Source: Tubiluchus corallicola
Lineage: Eukaryota > Animalia > Priapulida
Assembly (NCBI GenBank): GCA_030141605.1
Contig: JAQGDQ010000479.1
Location: forward strand, 107,795 to 171,794
Length of the DNA: 64,000 nucleotides
Reading direction: 5' to 3'
Of the stretch, positions 52,344-64,000 are shown in pieces. Numbering within the stretch: position 1 is the first letter of the stretch; every line of letters begins with the position of its first letter. Position numbers and translations under genes: made by a program. The notes below the pieces were generated by a model. The model did not search any database. It was given only the letters and a program-made list of their open reading frames with translations, and was not told where the DNA came from.

Positions 52344-52803
52344 CCCTTTCATACCCGTTGTATCCCGTGGGATACGAAAATATTTTCTGCCTTTAGAATT
52401 AATAAAATTTTAAAAATGACAGTTATTTGACCTGTTAATAGTTATTTTGATTTAAGACAATAACAATAGACCAAAAATGGTGATAAAATGGCAAACTAGA
52501 AAATCTACATAGCATAAAAAACTGTGCAAGGTACAGTACTTTAGAGACGACTTTGTACAGATCAGCATAGCATGCATACTAAATGTCTTGAATACTTTAA
52601 AAAATTATCAACAGTTACAAAATGAAGCACATTTTATGCTTCCATTGAATCCCAATGTATCCCGTGGGATACAGGCTATATTTAGCACGCGGGCACAGGT
52701 AGAAAAAAAATAATTATTATGTGTAAACAAGATGGACATACTGAACAAAAGTACCAAGCCAAAAAATTTTTTCTTATTAAAAAATAATTTGGGACTGAAA
52801 GGG
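52344..52803 (+). mobile_element. piggyBac-type MITE
   Basis: TTAA|CCCTTTCA...TGAAAGGG|TTAA. Confidence 0.88.
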
Positions 52804-53331
52804 TTAAGAACTATTTCAAGACGGGCTAGAACTTCTCATGTGAGAAAAGAATTAAACAAGTTAAGATTTCTAAAGCTTTGACCGTCAGTTTTCATTTGAC
52901 AACCTCACCACTAAAATCAGATGTGGGTAAGAAATTTGACCCCCCTCTCTCGTGTCCTAGTTTCCTTCTCCAGAACTGGTGCAGTAGTTTATTATTTAGG
53001 AACCATTTCAAAACCTGGCTGTTCATTTAATTGGGCACAGTGGGACCCTCGCAAACAGTCTGTTAATCTGGGACTAAGTGTGGGCCGGGTCCGAAACGCT
53101 ACAGCAAAATGTTTATCCAAACTGGTGCTTAGTTATTGAAGGGCTTGTTTATTTGTGTGAGATTGAAAAGTTTCCTTTCGTTCTACAAAGTGGTTAATTA
53201 TAGAGAGTAGAGAACGGAGCGGATCAGAGGGGTGAGCCACCGCCAGCGCTGTCGTCATCGCCAACCTGCTGAGAAAATTTCTACAGTTCTGCTATCAAAA
53301 TTACTGCTCTTCCTGCTCTGTTACAGAGCTG

Positions 53332-53800
53332 AAAGGAAAACCGGATGATTGTGTAAACACGAGTTTAGAATAATGAATGCTCTAAAATATTGAAAACTAC
53401 AATAGCTTTTTTAAATCAAAGTTTATATTAAATAATAATTACCTCGGATACTCAAATTTTCGTTAAATTTCAAAGCTATGCGCGGCTCAGTGAATCTACT
53501 AAGATCGGCTGCGGCGCCTTTTTGTCACATTCGCATGGCTAACAAATAGAAGGCGGTAACGTGATAAACATGATCATGAACTGCAGTGTTAGTTTCTGAC
53601 GTCATATGACGTAGAGTCCATTTTCGTGACATCACGCGTTCAAACAGTAACACTTACGCAAACGTGCTTGATGCACAAGAGAAGATGCCTGCCATTATAC
53701 AAACTGTGGTTAGTTTCTGACGTAAGCAATAGCTGTGTACGGTTGCTGTTAATTAACTTTCTAAGCTAATTATTCAAATATAACGAACAATTGATAACTT
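53332..53800. mobile_element. Inverted partial copy of the 51357-52113 element (another end at 63962-64000)
   Basis: Reverse complement of ~51655-52113; begins AAAGGAAAACCGGATGATTGTGTAAAC. Confidence 0.7.
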
Positions 53801-54011
53801 TCATTTGTTAACGATTAATTATTTCGTCACACGAGCAGTTCAAGCCCGTCTTGAAATAGTTCTTAAATAATAAACTGCTGCATCAGTTCAGGGGCAAAAA
53901 CTGAAGCATGGAAAAGAACGTTTAAAAGTTACTTTGCATGTAAAAGTAGTTGTAATGTTGTCAAATGTTTCGAAAAAACTAACGTTCAAAGTTTTTATAA
54001 AATTTCATTTC

Positions 54012-54210
54012 ATATATATATATATATATAAATTTATATATATACATATACATGTATACATTTACATATACATATACATACATATATACATATACATATA
54101 TACATATAAATTTACATATATACATATGTAAATATATAAATATTTACATATTTATATATATATATATATATATATAAATTTATATTTATAATATTATGTA
54201 TAATATATAT
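54012..54210. repeat. (TA)n/(TACATA)n tract
   Basis: Directly visible. Confidence 0.9.
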
Positions 54211-54236
54211 TGCTGTTGCTAGTTACATATGGATAC

Positions 54237-54675
54237 TAGGGGTGAGCATTCTCTACCAGAAAGCGAATTCGAATCGAACCGAATTTGTGACTTTCGAATT
54301 CGAATCGAACCGAACTTAAGTGTTTCGAATTCGAACCGAATTCGAATTGAGATTGAAAGATTTTCGAACAAGTTTTCGAACCACCAGTAAAAATTAGTCT
54401 TACAAAGGTCATGCATATCACTAGATTTTGTTCTGCAATAAAACGACTAGTAATTTGTTTAAAGTTGTGCGCAGAAATCACTGCTAAATTATGCTAATTG
54501 CATGATGTTTCAATCGTTTTAGTGATAAAGAACATATGTGATGAAATGCTGAATTATTCGAATCTATAGTTTTGGATTCGAATCGAGTTCGAACTAAAAA
54601 AACTCGTTCGAATCGACTTCGAGCGTTCGAATTCGATTCGAACATTCGAACTCGAACGTTCGATGCTCACCCCTA
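54237..54675 (+). mobile_element. hAT-type TTCGAA-rich MITE, copy C
   Basis: TIR TAGGGGTGAGCAT; perfect TSD ATGGATAC; lies ~50 bp from the exon 3 donor. Confidence 0.9.
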
Positions 54676-54728
54676 ATGGATACACATATAACCACATTTC
54701 CCACAGAACATAATTAACGTATATTTAC

Positions 54729-54830
54729 CGGGATGCCAGCCCAATGTGGTGTATCTCTTTGCTTAATTGAATCTGGAATCGTGTATTGAATGTAAAATGA
54801 CAGACCTGTCACTCCGCCCCCTATCAGCAC
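54729..54830 (-). CDS. SSPN: Sarcospan-like protein, coding exon 3
   Basis: TTACAG|VLIGGGVTGLSFYIQYTIPDSIKQRDTPHWAGIP|GTAAAT; RDTPHWAGI matches sarcospan RDTPFWAGI. Confidence 0.88.
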
Positions 54831-54974
54831 CTGTAACAACAAAAAACCTGCACAGGTAAGCATTGAGTTAACCACCCATAACAGACAGGTGATCCACAGA
54901 CTGTCATGTAACATCTGTCTCAATTTATCAGTATTATTAATGACATCTCTATGTTATTAATCTCTATTAATTTC

Positions 54975-55467
54975 TTTAACTTTTTTTCCAAATCCTATCG
55001 TTAATTCCAGAACAAGCAATCTAAAACAAATTAGGACAAATACCCACTATGGAACGAACTCTGTAATCAAACAAGCAATTCCACTTTGGAATTCTCTACC
55101 ATTACAGGTTAAACAAATCAAGTCCCTATCAGCATTTAAAACAAAATTAAAATTACTAATATTAACCAGATATGAAATACCATCACACCAGTACGACAAC
55201 ATACACACTAATTCAGAATTCATATATCCACGGCCATATTAATAAAATCATAATTTTTTCATTTTTTTGTGCATAGTTGTAAATAAGGTTTCATTTTATT
55301 CGTCGTTACTTTCCATTACTGCACAGTAGTTTAGATTGCAGTGACGCATTTGCCTTTAGCAGTGTAAGTTTTTATTAACTAACACTGATTGATCATCTCT
55401 GTAAAGTTTTTATCAGTGATTATCAATGTATTTTAATGGCAAATAAAGATTATTATATATATATATA
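54975..55467 (+). mobile_element. L2/CR1-type LINE 3' end with (TA)n tail
   Basis: IRTNTHYGTNSVIKQAIPLWNSLPLQVKQIKSLSAFKTKLK then 3' UTR, AATAAA and (TA)n. Confidence 0.85.
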
Positions 55468-55809
55468 TTATACTTCTATAAATAGTTGAATACGATACAA
55501 CGCCTGGTTTTTGGATTTTAAAAAACTTTTGCAAACTCAATTTTCTTTCACACTTTGTCAATAAACTCAACCGCTATCTATTCAGCTAAGCAAAAAGGCA
55601 AATAGAAACTTGTTACTGAGAATATTTGCATAAAGGTTTTTACACATTAAAATCTCAAAAAACCAGCATTTTTCCTTCTCGCGCAGAGATCAAAAGTCCG
55701 ACATTGTTCCTGTGTTTGAACGTCCTCCATAAAACTTGTCAAAATCCTCGTTTTTCTATAGTTAAACAAGTGCCTTCAGGTAAGTTGCTTTGTCGGAGTT
55801 TTCTCATTG

Positions 55810-57229
55810 GAAACAGAGAGATGGACATGGAATAGAACATGAAGTCTACAGCAAGCTTACTAGAAACAGAGAGGTGGAAGTTATGGTCATGGAATAGAAC
55901 ATGAAAACTACACCAAGCTTACTAGAAACAGAGAAGTGGAAGTTATGGTCATGGAGTACAACATGAAGTCTACACCAAGCTTACTAGAAACAGAGAGGTT
56001 GAAGTTATGGACATGTAATAGAACATGAAGTCTACAGCAAGCTTACTAGAAACAGAGAGGTTGAAGTTATGGACATGGAATAGAACATGAAGTCTACAGT
56101 AAGCTTACTAGAAATAGAGAGGTTGAAGTTATGGACACGGAATAGAACATGAAGTCTACAGCAAGCTTACTAGAAATAGAGAGGTTGAAGTTATGGACAC
56201 GGAATAGAACATGAAGTCTACCGCAAGCTTACAGGAAACAGAGAGGTGGCAGTTATGGACATGGAATAGAACATGAAGTCTACAGCAAGCTTACTAGAAA
56301 TAGAGAGGTTGAAGTTATGGACATGGAATAGAACATGAAGTCTACTGCAAGCTTACTAGCAATAGAGAGGTTGAAGTTAGTTATGGACATGGAATAGAAC
56401 ATAAAGTCTACAGCAAGCTTACTAGAAATAGAGAGGTTGAAGTTATGGACACGGAATAGAACATGAAGTCTACAGCAAGCTTACTAGAAATAGAGAGGTT
56501 GAAGTTATGGACATGGAATAGAACATGAAGTCTACTGCATGCTTACTAGCAATAGAGAGGTTGAAGTTATGGACATGGAATAGAACATAAAGTCTACAGC
56601 AAGCTTACTAGAAATAGAGAGGTTGAAGTTATGGACATGGAATAGAACATGAAGTCTACCGCAAGCTTACTAGAAACAGAGAGGTTGAAGTTATGGACAC
56701 GGAATAGAACATGAAGTCTACCGCAAGCTTACTGGAAACAGAGAGGTAGGTTGAAGTTATGGACATGGAATAGAACATGAAGTTTACCACAAGCTTACTG
56801 GAAATAGAGAGGTGGAAGTTATGGATATGGAGCAGAACATGAAGACTACAGCAAGCATTCTAGAAACAGAGAGGTGGAAGTTATGGACATGGAATAGAAC
56901 ATGAAGTTTACCACAAGCTTACTGGAAATAGAGAGGTTGAAGTTATGGACATGGAATAGAACATAAAGTCTACTGCAAGCTTACTAGAAATAGAGGTGGA
57001 AGTTATGGTGGACATGGAATAGAACATGAAGTCTACAGCAAGCTTACTGGAAATAGAGGTGGAAGTTATGGTGGACATGGAATAGAACATGAAGTCTACT
57101 GCAAGCTTACTAGAAATAGAGGTGGAAGTTATGGTGGACATGGAATAGAACATGAAGTCTACAGCAAGCTTACTGGAAATAGAGAGGTGGAAGTTATGGA
57201 CATGGAATAGAACATGAAGACTACAGCAA
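55810..57229. repeat. Minisatellite, ~62-bp unit, ~23 copies
   Basis: GAAA(C/T)AGAGAGGTTGAAGTTATGGACATGGAATAGAACATGAAGTCTACAGCAAGCTTACTA; in sarcospan intron 2. Confidence 0.93.
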
Positions 57230-57347
57230 ACTAAAAAATAAATGTTACAGAATACTTAGCAGAAAGACACAAGTTAAAACAAGTCACATCTGTAGAATGG
57301 CTAGAGCACTACCTCAAACAGTCACCAAACACCAAACAGTCACTTAC

Positions 57348-57443
57348 CTGAAGGAGAGCTAAAATACTATAGCAAGCCCGACTCTTCGCACTTGGCATCT
57401 CTTTCCTGTATCGTCGCTGTAACGAATGTCTGCTGCTTGGAAT
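57348..57443 (-). CDS. SSPN: Sarcospan-like protein, coding exon 2
   Basis: TTGCAG|IPSSRHSLQRRYRKEMPSAKSRACYSILALLQ|GTAAGT; 96 nt, phase 0/0; LALLQ matches the start of sarcospan TM1. Not in the ORF track. Confidence 0.85.
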
Positions 57444-57743
57444 CTGCAAATTAAAAACAAGAATTAAAAATCAACAACTCTTCACAATATGTCATTAAAT
57501 CAGGCGATAGATGGCAGCAAAATCACATCAATTTCACAGTTAGATTTTTACAAATACGATTTTGTTGAGAAAAGAGCCACAAGACATTTTGCTCATCGAA
57601 ACCTTCATCTGATCATATAAACCAAGACGTGCATATTACAAAGCTTAAAGTGATTGTTCAAGGTCAAGGTCAACAGCTCTAGGTCAAGGTCATTAAACCA
57701 TAAACATTTTAAAAAAAAACAGCCAAGAAGTTCCACCCTTTAC

Positions 57744-57932
57744 CTGTCCATCCAGTGGATTTATAAAGTTTGTTGGGACTGTAGTGGACAGTCCATTTTG
57801 CATTGAAAGCGGTCGGGGTTGTCGAGCTGACCCATTGCGGACCCGCCTCATGGGTGACTCCAGCGATCCCAAGCTTCCGCTCAGCCTCACACGGGCCAAG
57901 CTGCTGTCACTTTTTCTCCGTGCTCCATCCAT
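57744..57932 (-). CDS. SSPN: Sarcospan-like protein, coding exon 1 (Arg/Ser-rich N-terminus)
   Basis: ACCATGG Kozak context; MDGARRKSDSSLARVRLSGS...INPLDGQ|GTAAAG; 63 codons, phase 0. Confidence 0.75.
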
Positions 57933-59899
57933 GGTTTACAAGCACTACTTTTTCAACACCAGTATCTTTGCATGTCACTTTTTCAACGTCACTGATTAAA
58001 TCACGTGATCAGCGGAAGAAGTTTCGTTACTCTAATTTCAATTACGACAAGATGAGAGCAAAATTCTGTTGCCCCTTCTTCCATAGTCTTCCTGTAACAC
58101 TTTTATTGTACTATCAAACACGTTCACTATAGTCGAGTGTGTTGAAAACTAAGCACTGGACTCGCAGATCTTATACCAAAGATACCCAAAAGTTGAAAGG
58201 TTTGCTTTTCCAAGCTCCAGGCGTCTCTAACCGAACCCTAAACGAAATCCGGGGGGGGGGGCTTAAACAAACATTTAACTGGCCCACGATGGCCATTTCT
58301 CTGCCACATCAACATCAACATCATTACCACCTTCCGGTGTTTTGTCCAAACCGTTTAAGATCGCAGCGAGCGACATCCGGTCCTCTCACTGGCTTCAGCA
58401 GCACTGGGAAGCCAACTCAGTGAAGCCCAGTGAAGTAATACATTGTGAGATTAGCGTGGAATGCTATAAATCCCCGCAACAACTGCGCAGGCCACTATTT
58501 AATTCCGCGAGGAGTTTTTGATGAGTTTATGAGCCACGCTCGCTCGCTCGCCCAGCGTCTTTGATCAGCGGGCATCGAATTTTATCGCTAGGGCGGCGCC
58601 ACGAACGTATTTCAACTTACTACAACCGTATAGCTCTCCTATTTTGACCTTACCGTGTTGATACTGTGATGAACTCAGTCAACCTCATCCAAACGTTTGA
58701 CCTTTAATATCTAAGCTTTTAACGAAATGTCAAGACCTACTCACTATGTCACAAGATTTGAAGCCAATTTTTAGTTGCCGAGAAGCTTAGACTAGAATAA
58801 GGAAAGACGATAGGTAAGAATGATAAGAATGTGTGTGAAGTTATTTTAAACAAACAATTTCGAGGTTTTTGCGAAGCACTTGATTCGTAGAAGCCTTCTC
58901 CATAGTTAATACACACTATGCAGCCAAGAATATGCATACATCAGGAGTTCTTTTGACGTATCAAAAGAACTATATCAAAATGTATCGAAATATCAAATTC
59001 AATTCAATTTTTATTCCCTTAATAGCAGTTAAAATTCGTCATAATTATTTTTACATTTCGTTGCAGCTGAGAAGGAGCAGCGAAAGACCTATTGGTCACG
59101 TGGTCAGCTGCCCCTTATTAAAAATACAAGTTTACTCACAGGCTCATGACATTTTTAGGTGTTTGTGTATGTATAAAAGGCAAAAGCAACAAAAATCAAC
59201 TCAAAGCAGAAATGCAATTCAAATGCATAACAAAGCATAACATCACGCAAAAAATTAATGAAATTCAATGTAGAGCAAAAAATAATATCAAACAAAAGCA
59301 ACAAAAATCTACTCAAAGCAAAAATGCAATTCCACTCAGAATAAAAGGAAGTTTTCACAAACAATGCAAAACGGAATTTAACGCGTAGCAAAAAATTATA
59401 TCAAACAAAATGAAACTCAAAGCGAAAATTTTATAAAGCAAACACAATTCAACTGAAAACAAAAGAACATCGACAGTGCGCTACTTTTCTTCAAGACGAA
59501 TGACGTCATTGGCGGAAGAATGCGCATTGAAAATGGGAGCATGCAAGCATGAAGTGATCGCGACTTTAAAGTGATTTTACTAGTTACGCGAGGTGACTAG
59601 AATTTTCTAACACTTCTCGCGAACATTGAAAGAAGTTTAACTTCCCAAAAGGCTTGACGTTTCCTTTAAATCAACATACTGCAGGCATGTTACATAATAT
59701 CCGCGTCACACCACTATCATATCCCGTTCTCGCAACACCGCCTTATAGTCGACACAAAAGCCATCCCAGCACGAGCTGTTACCAACATAAAATTGTTAAG
59801 CTGGACAAAAATTTGCTCAGCCAATCTGGTATGTGTAAATAACTAGAGCGATTTTCTAATTAAGATGACGTGCTCAAGTGTCGCTAGGAATCTGTTAAC

Positions 59900-61346
59900 A
59901 GCGTTTACTCAAAGCAATCGTAATACTCGAGGCAGCTCCATGCTAGGGTTGCATCGCACAACCCCTGAAATTACCTGCGTATATAGAAAAGAACGAATGC
60001 GTAGCGTTTACGCAATGAAATCATACTACTCGAGGCAGCTCCATGCTAGGATTGCATCGCACAACCCCTGAAATTACCTGCGTATATAGAAAAAAACGAA
60101 TGCGTAGCGTTTACGCACTGCAATCATAATACTCGAGGCAGCTCCATGCTAGGGATGCATCACACAACCCCTGAAATTACCTGCGTATATAGAAAAGAAC
60201 GAATGCGTAGCGTTTACGCAATGAAATCATACTACTCGAGGCAGCTCCATGCTAGGATTGCATCGCACAACCCCTGAAATTACCTGCGTATATAGAAAAA
60301 AGACGAATGCGTAGCGTTTACGCACTGCAATCATAATACTCGAGGCAGCTCCATGCTAGGGATGCATCACACAACCCCTGAAATGACCTGCGTATATAGA
60401 AAAAAACGAATGCGTAGCGTTTACGCAATGAAATCATACTACTCGAGGCAGCTCCATGCTAGGATTGCATCGCACAACCCCTGAAATTACCTGCGTATAT
60501 AGAAAAAAACGAATGCGTAGCGTTTACGCACTGCAATCATAATACTCGAGGCAGCTCCATGCTAGGGATGCATCACACAACCCCTGAAATGACCTGCGTA
60601 TATAGAAAAAAACGAATGCGTAGCGTTTACGCAATGAAATCATACTACTCGAGGCAGCTCCATGCTAGGGATGCATCGCACAACCCCTGAAATTACCTGC
60701 GTATATAGAAAAGAACGAATGCGTAGCGTTTACGCACTGCAATCATAATACTCGAGGCAGCTCCATGCTAGGGATGCATCACACAACCCCTGAAATTACC
60801 TGCGTATATAGAAAAGAACGAATGCGTAGCGTTTACGCAATGCAATCCTAATACTCGAGGCAGCTCCATGCTAGGGATGCATCACACAACCCCTGAAATT
60901 ACCTGCGTATATAGAAAAGAACGAATGCGTAGCGTTTACGTAATGAAATCATAATACTCGAGGCAGTTCCATGCTAGGGTTGCATCACATAACCCCTGAA
61001 ATTACCTGCGTATATAGAAAAGAACGAATGCGTAGCGTTTACGCAATGCAATGCTAATACTCGAGGCAGCTCCATGCTAGGGATGCATCACACAACCCCT
61101 GAAATTACCTGCGTATATAGAAAAGAACGAATGCGTAGCGTTTACGTAATGAAATCATAATACTCGAGGCAGTTCCATGCTAGCGATGCATCACACAACC
61201 CCTGAAATTACCTGCGTATATAGAAAAGAACGAATGCGTAGCGCGTTTACGCAATGCAATCATAATACTCGAGGCAGCTCCATGCTAGGGATGCATCACA
61301 CAACCCCTGAAATTACCTGCGTATATAGAAAAGAACGAATGCGTAG
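59900..61346. repeat. Satellite, 103-bp unit, ~14 copies, with alternating A/B variants
   Basis: ACTCGAGGCAGCTCCATGCTAGG...ACAACCCCTGAAATTACCTGCGTATATAGAAAA.AACGAATGCGTAGCGTTTACG; starts at 59925 and 60028. Confidence 0.95.
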
Positions 61347-61865
61347 ATTTGATATTTACTAATAGGATTTCAACGCAAAACTTGCGTTTTTACTTTTTGA
61401 TATTTACGGGATTTCAACAAAGGAAAAAACGGATATGCAAAGAGATTCTTAACGTGGAAACCATAAAACTCCCTACTTACTTCAGTTCCTTGCCTGAATT
61501 ATCACTGATTTCTGGCAAAATTATTTGGGCAAGAAGTTGTCTGTTGTGTTATACAGTAAGTATGATAAATGAATTCAATTTTTCGCCAGGAAATAGCATC
61601 ATTTCAGGAAAACTGGTTATAAAATCGTTGCCCGAGGTTGTAACGCAACGTTACGTTTTACAATTTGTGAAAAAAAACTGCCTTAAGTTCAAAGTTCACA
61701 ATAGTAACAAAGGATACTCTTGTTTGGGGGAACTATGGGCTGGTAAGTGGAAATGCGGTAAAGAAAATTGTAAAAACTCGAGTTTTCAACTAGTCAATAA
61801 AATAGCATAGTGGAAAAAGTACTGGCTTTTCAATAATGCTCTACTTCATGCTCAATAATTAACTT

Positions 61866-62003
<138 letters not shown>

Positions 62004-62199
62004 CAAAGCACCCAATACTTAACTACCCGGTAGTTTACCGATTATGGCAGTGACCTAGTAGGCCGAAAGTCCGTGGTTCAAACCCACGCTGTCTTCCATC
62101 AATTTTTTCACATTTCACAAAGTTTTGTTTCAAAATTAATTGTAGGTTGTGCCAGCATAGAGATCTGTTTTTGCATTGGAACTTAGCCAGTAACGGCTT

Positions 62200-62602
62200 C
62201 TATATATTATATATATATAATAATCTTTATTTGCCATTAAAATACATTGATAATCACTGATAAAAACTTTACAGAGATGATCAATCAGTGTTAGTTAATA
62301 AAAACTTGCACTGCTAAAGGCAAATGCGTCAGTGCAATCTAAACTACTGTGCAGTAATGGAAAGTAACGACGAATAAAATCAAACATATTTACAACTATG
62401 CACAAAAAACTATGATTTAATTAATATGGCCGTGGATATATGAATTCTGAATTAGTGTGTATGTTGTCGTACTGGTGTGATGGTATTTCATATCTGGTTA
62501 ATATTAGTGATTTTAATTTTGTTTTAAATGCTGATAGGGACTTGATTTGTTTAACCTGTAATAGTAGAGAATTCCAAAGTAGAATTGCTTGTTTGATTAC
62601 AG
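62200..62602 (-). mobile_element. L2/CR1-type LINE 3' end
   Basis: ORF 62421..62615 ...AILLWNSLLLQVKQIKSLSAFKTKLK; same family as 54975-55467. Confidence 0.85.
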
Positions 62603-63114
62603 ACAACTTCAACACTGGCCTACATTAAAATATTGCCTAATTTTACTAACTTATTAGCCTTGCTGCAAATCTTCAAAATTACAAAACTGGTTCACCTGCT
62701 TGTGCACACTTTCTGAACACCCTCTACAATTCCCTAGCGGTTGGTTGTAAGGTTTCACACATTCACGATCTAACTCAAACCGCAGGGCGCATTCCCCAAA
62801 AACATTCCGCGAAAGTAATGAATCCTATATCACGATTACGCATTTATTTATTTTGAAATTCCGGAAAGATAAAACGTCCATAAATCAAAATCTGGCGAAA
62901 TTAAATAATTAAGGAGACGCCTGGATGGATTTCTTACTTCCTAGTCAGTATATGATGCGTAAATCTGTCAAAAGTTGCACGGAGTAACACGTGTTTGAGA
63001 ATATAAACAGAAAATTGCTATAATTTGCTTTACAAATTTGATATGTCACTGTAACAACACGTCTTTGCAAAAGAATTCCACGTCTTATGAGAGAGATAGT
63101 GTAACCTAGCCACT

Positions 63115-63725
63115 ACAATACAGTGCATCATACGCGCACGAGAATCGGATTTTCTCAGCTAAACTATGACCTTTTGTCTAAAGGCTGTAAAGATAATAAC
63201 GGTCATCCAATATTGCCGAATTGTAACTGTGGATTTCGATTTGAGTCTGTTGAACACTTTTTGTTGCACTGCCCATTGTATCAACTAGCTAGGGTTGTTA
63301 TGTGTGATAAATTAAATGAAATACTTCTGCCCGAAAACCTTAATATAGCTGTCTGAGGAGATAATGATCTGTTGAAGTTGTTATTATTCGGTAAAGACGA
63401 ATTTAACTATGTTACTAACTGTAAAATATTCCAATGTATACATGACTTTATATTATGTACTAAACGCTTCCAGTAGTTTCTATCTGATATAAAATGCATC
63501 AGTCTTAAATATTCGTACATTAATATTTACTAACCGTCATTTTTTACTAATGTCTAATGTATCACTGTAGTAAAACTTTAGTATACTAAAGTATACTAAA
63601 AACTAAGTATAGTCTATTCTTACTGTAAATGTTCTTGTAAATAGTGTATAAAGTCTGTGTGGTGAAGATCTCAAATCATGTTGTACAAACTGTCTGATCT
63701 AATCCTAAATAAATTATGTTTAAAC
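63115..63725 (+). mobile_element. CR1-group LINE 3' end with a 13-bp TSD (inverted fragment at ~18820-18935)
   Basis: HTRTRIGFSQLN...CNCG...ESVEHFLLHCPLY...LLLFG...KIFQCIHDFILCTKRF; TAACCTAGCCACT at 63102-14 and 63726-38. Confidence 0.85.
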
Positions 63726-63786
63726 TAACCTAGCCACTGGGGGAGGGGGGGGGGCAAGCCAGCCCAACTCAGTGCCGGTCCCAAGC
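63726..63786 (+). other. Truncated twister-ribozyme-like motif
   Basis: TAA-CCTA-GCC-[ACTGGG...CTCAGT stem]-GCCGGTCCCAAGC; the 3' part (CCGG...GAGGG) is missing. Confidence 0.55.
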
Positions 63787-64000
63787 ATTCATCTTATGTC
63801 TTATCATATATATCTACTGCTATCACTAGTTTTTGTTTATTTTATCCTTTGGTCTCTTCACGGTTATTTTCCAGTGAATGAATGATCATAAGGCATGTTA
63901 AAAAACTTGTCTTGAAATAATGGACCTTAACTGCAGTATGAAGCGGTTTTTATTCCAAGGAAAAGGAAAACTGGACGATTGTGTAAACTCGAGTTCAGAA

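Noticed and set aside
42744-61346. CRISPR-like arrays among the regular repeats
   Set aside because: Units are head-to-tail with no unique spacers, there are no cas genes, and the context is eukaryotic.
62025-62100. tRNA gene
   Set aside because: Only a B-box-like GGTTCAAACCC remains; no cloverleaf. At most a decayed SINE head.

Overview
AT-rich, repeat-dense animal genomic DNA with spliceosomal GT-AG introns; probably an invertebrate, and lophotrochozoan-like by inference from the 5S and HSP70 sequences. Five host genes can be read: a 2-coding-exon MS4A/CD20-like four-TM gene (+, 16494-17743), a QPD/WND C-type lectin (+, exons 20000-20204 and 21538-21761, first exon not found), an intronless nucleoside diphosphate kinase (-, 25585-26049), a divergent intronless inducible-type HSP70 with a clear HSE/TATA promoter (+, 29092-31044), and a 5-coding-exon sarcospan-like gene (-, 57932-40252). 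The rest is mobile DNA and tandem repeats: a 5S-headed SINE with an RTE-derived tail, a tRNA/Meta-type SINE, RTE and CR1/L2 LINE 3' ends, piggyBac-, hAT-, Kolobok- and Tc1/mariner-type non-autonomous elements, a Gypsy LTR with a tRNA-Leu primer-binding site, and about a dozen micro- and minisatellites. Most long ORFs in the supplied track are repeat artefacts. The most interesting signals are: (i) a second, oppositely oriented HSE+TATA module pointing towards NDPK; (ii) a 76-bp tandem array that creates five copies of the splice acceptor of sarcospan exon 4; (iii) repeated local tandem amplification of unrelated sequence; (iv) the tripartite 5S/RTE SINE; (v) a truncated twister-ribozyme-like relic. 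I see no CRISPR array and no convincing wholly new gene system. All family assignments are from motif recognition, not database searches.
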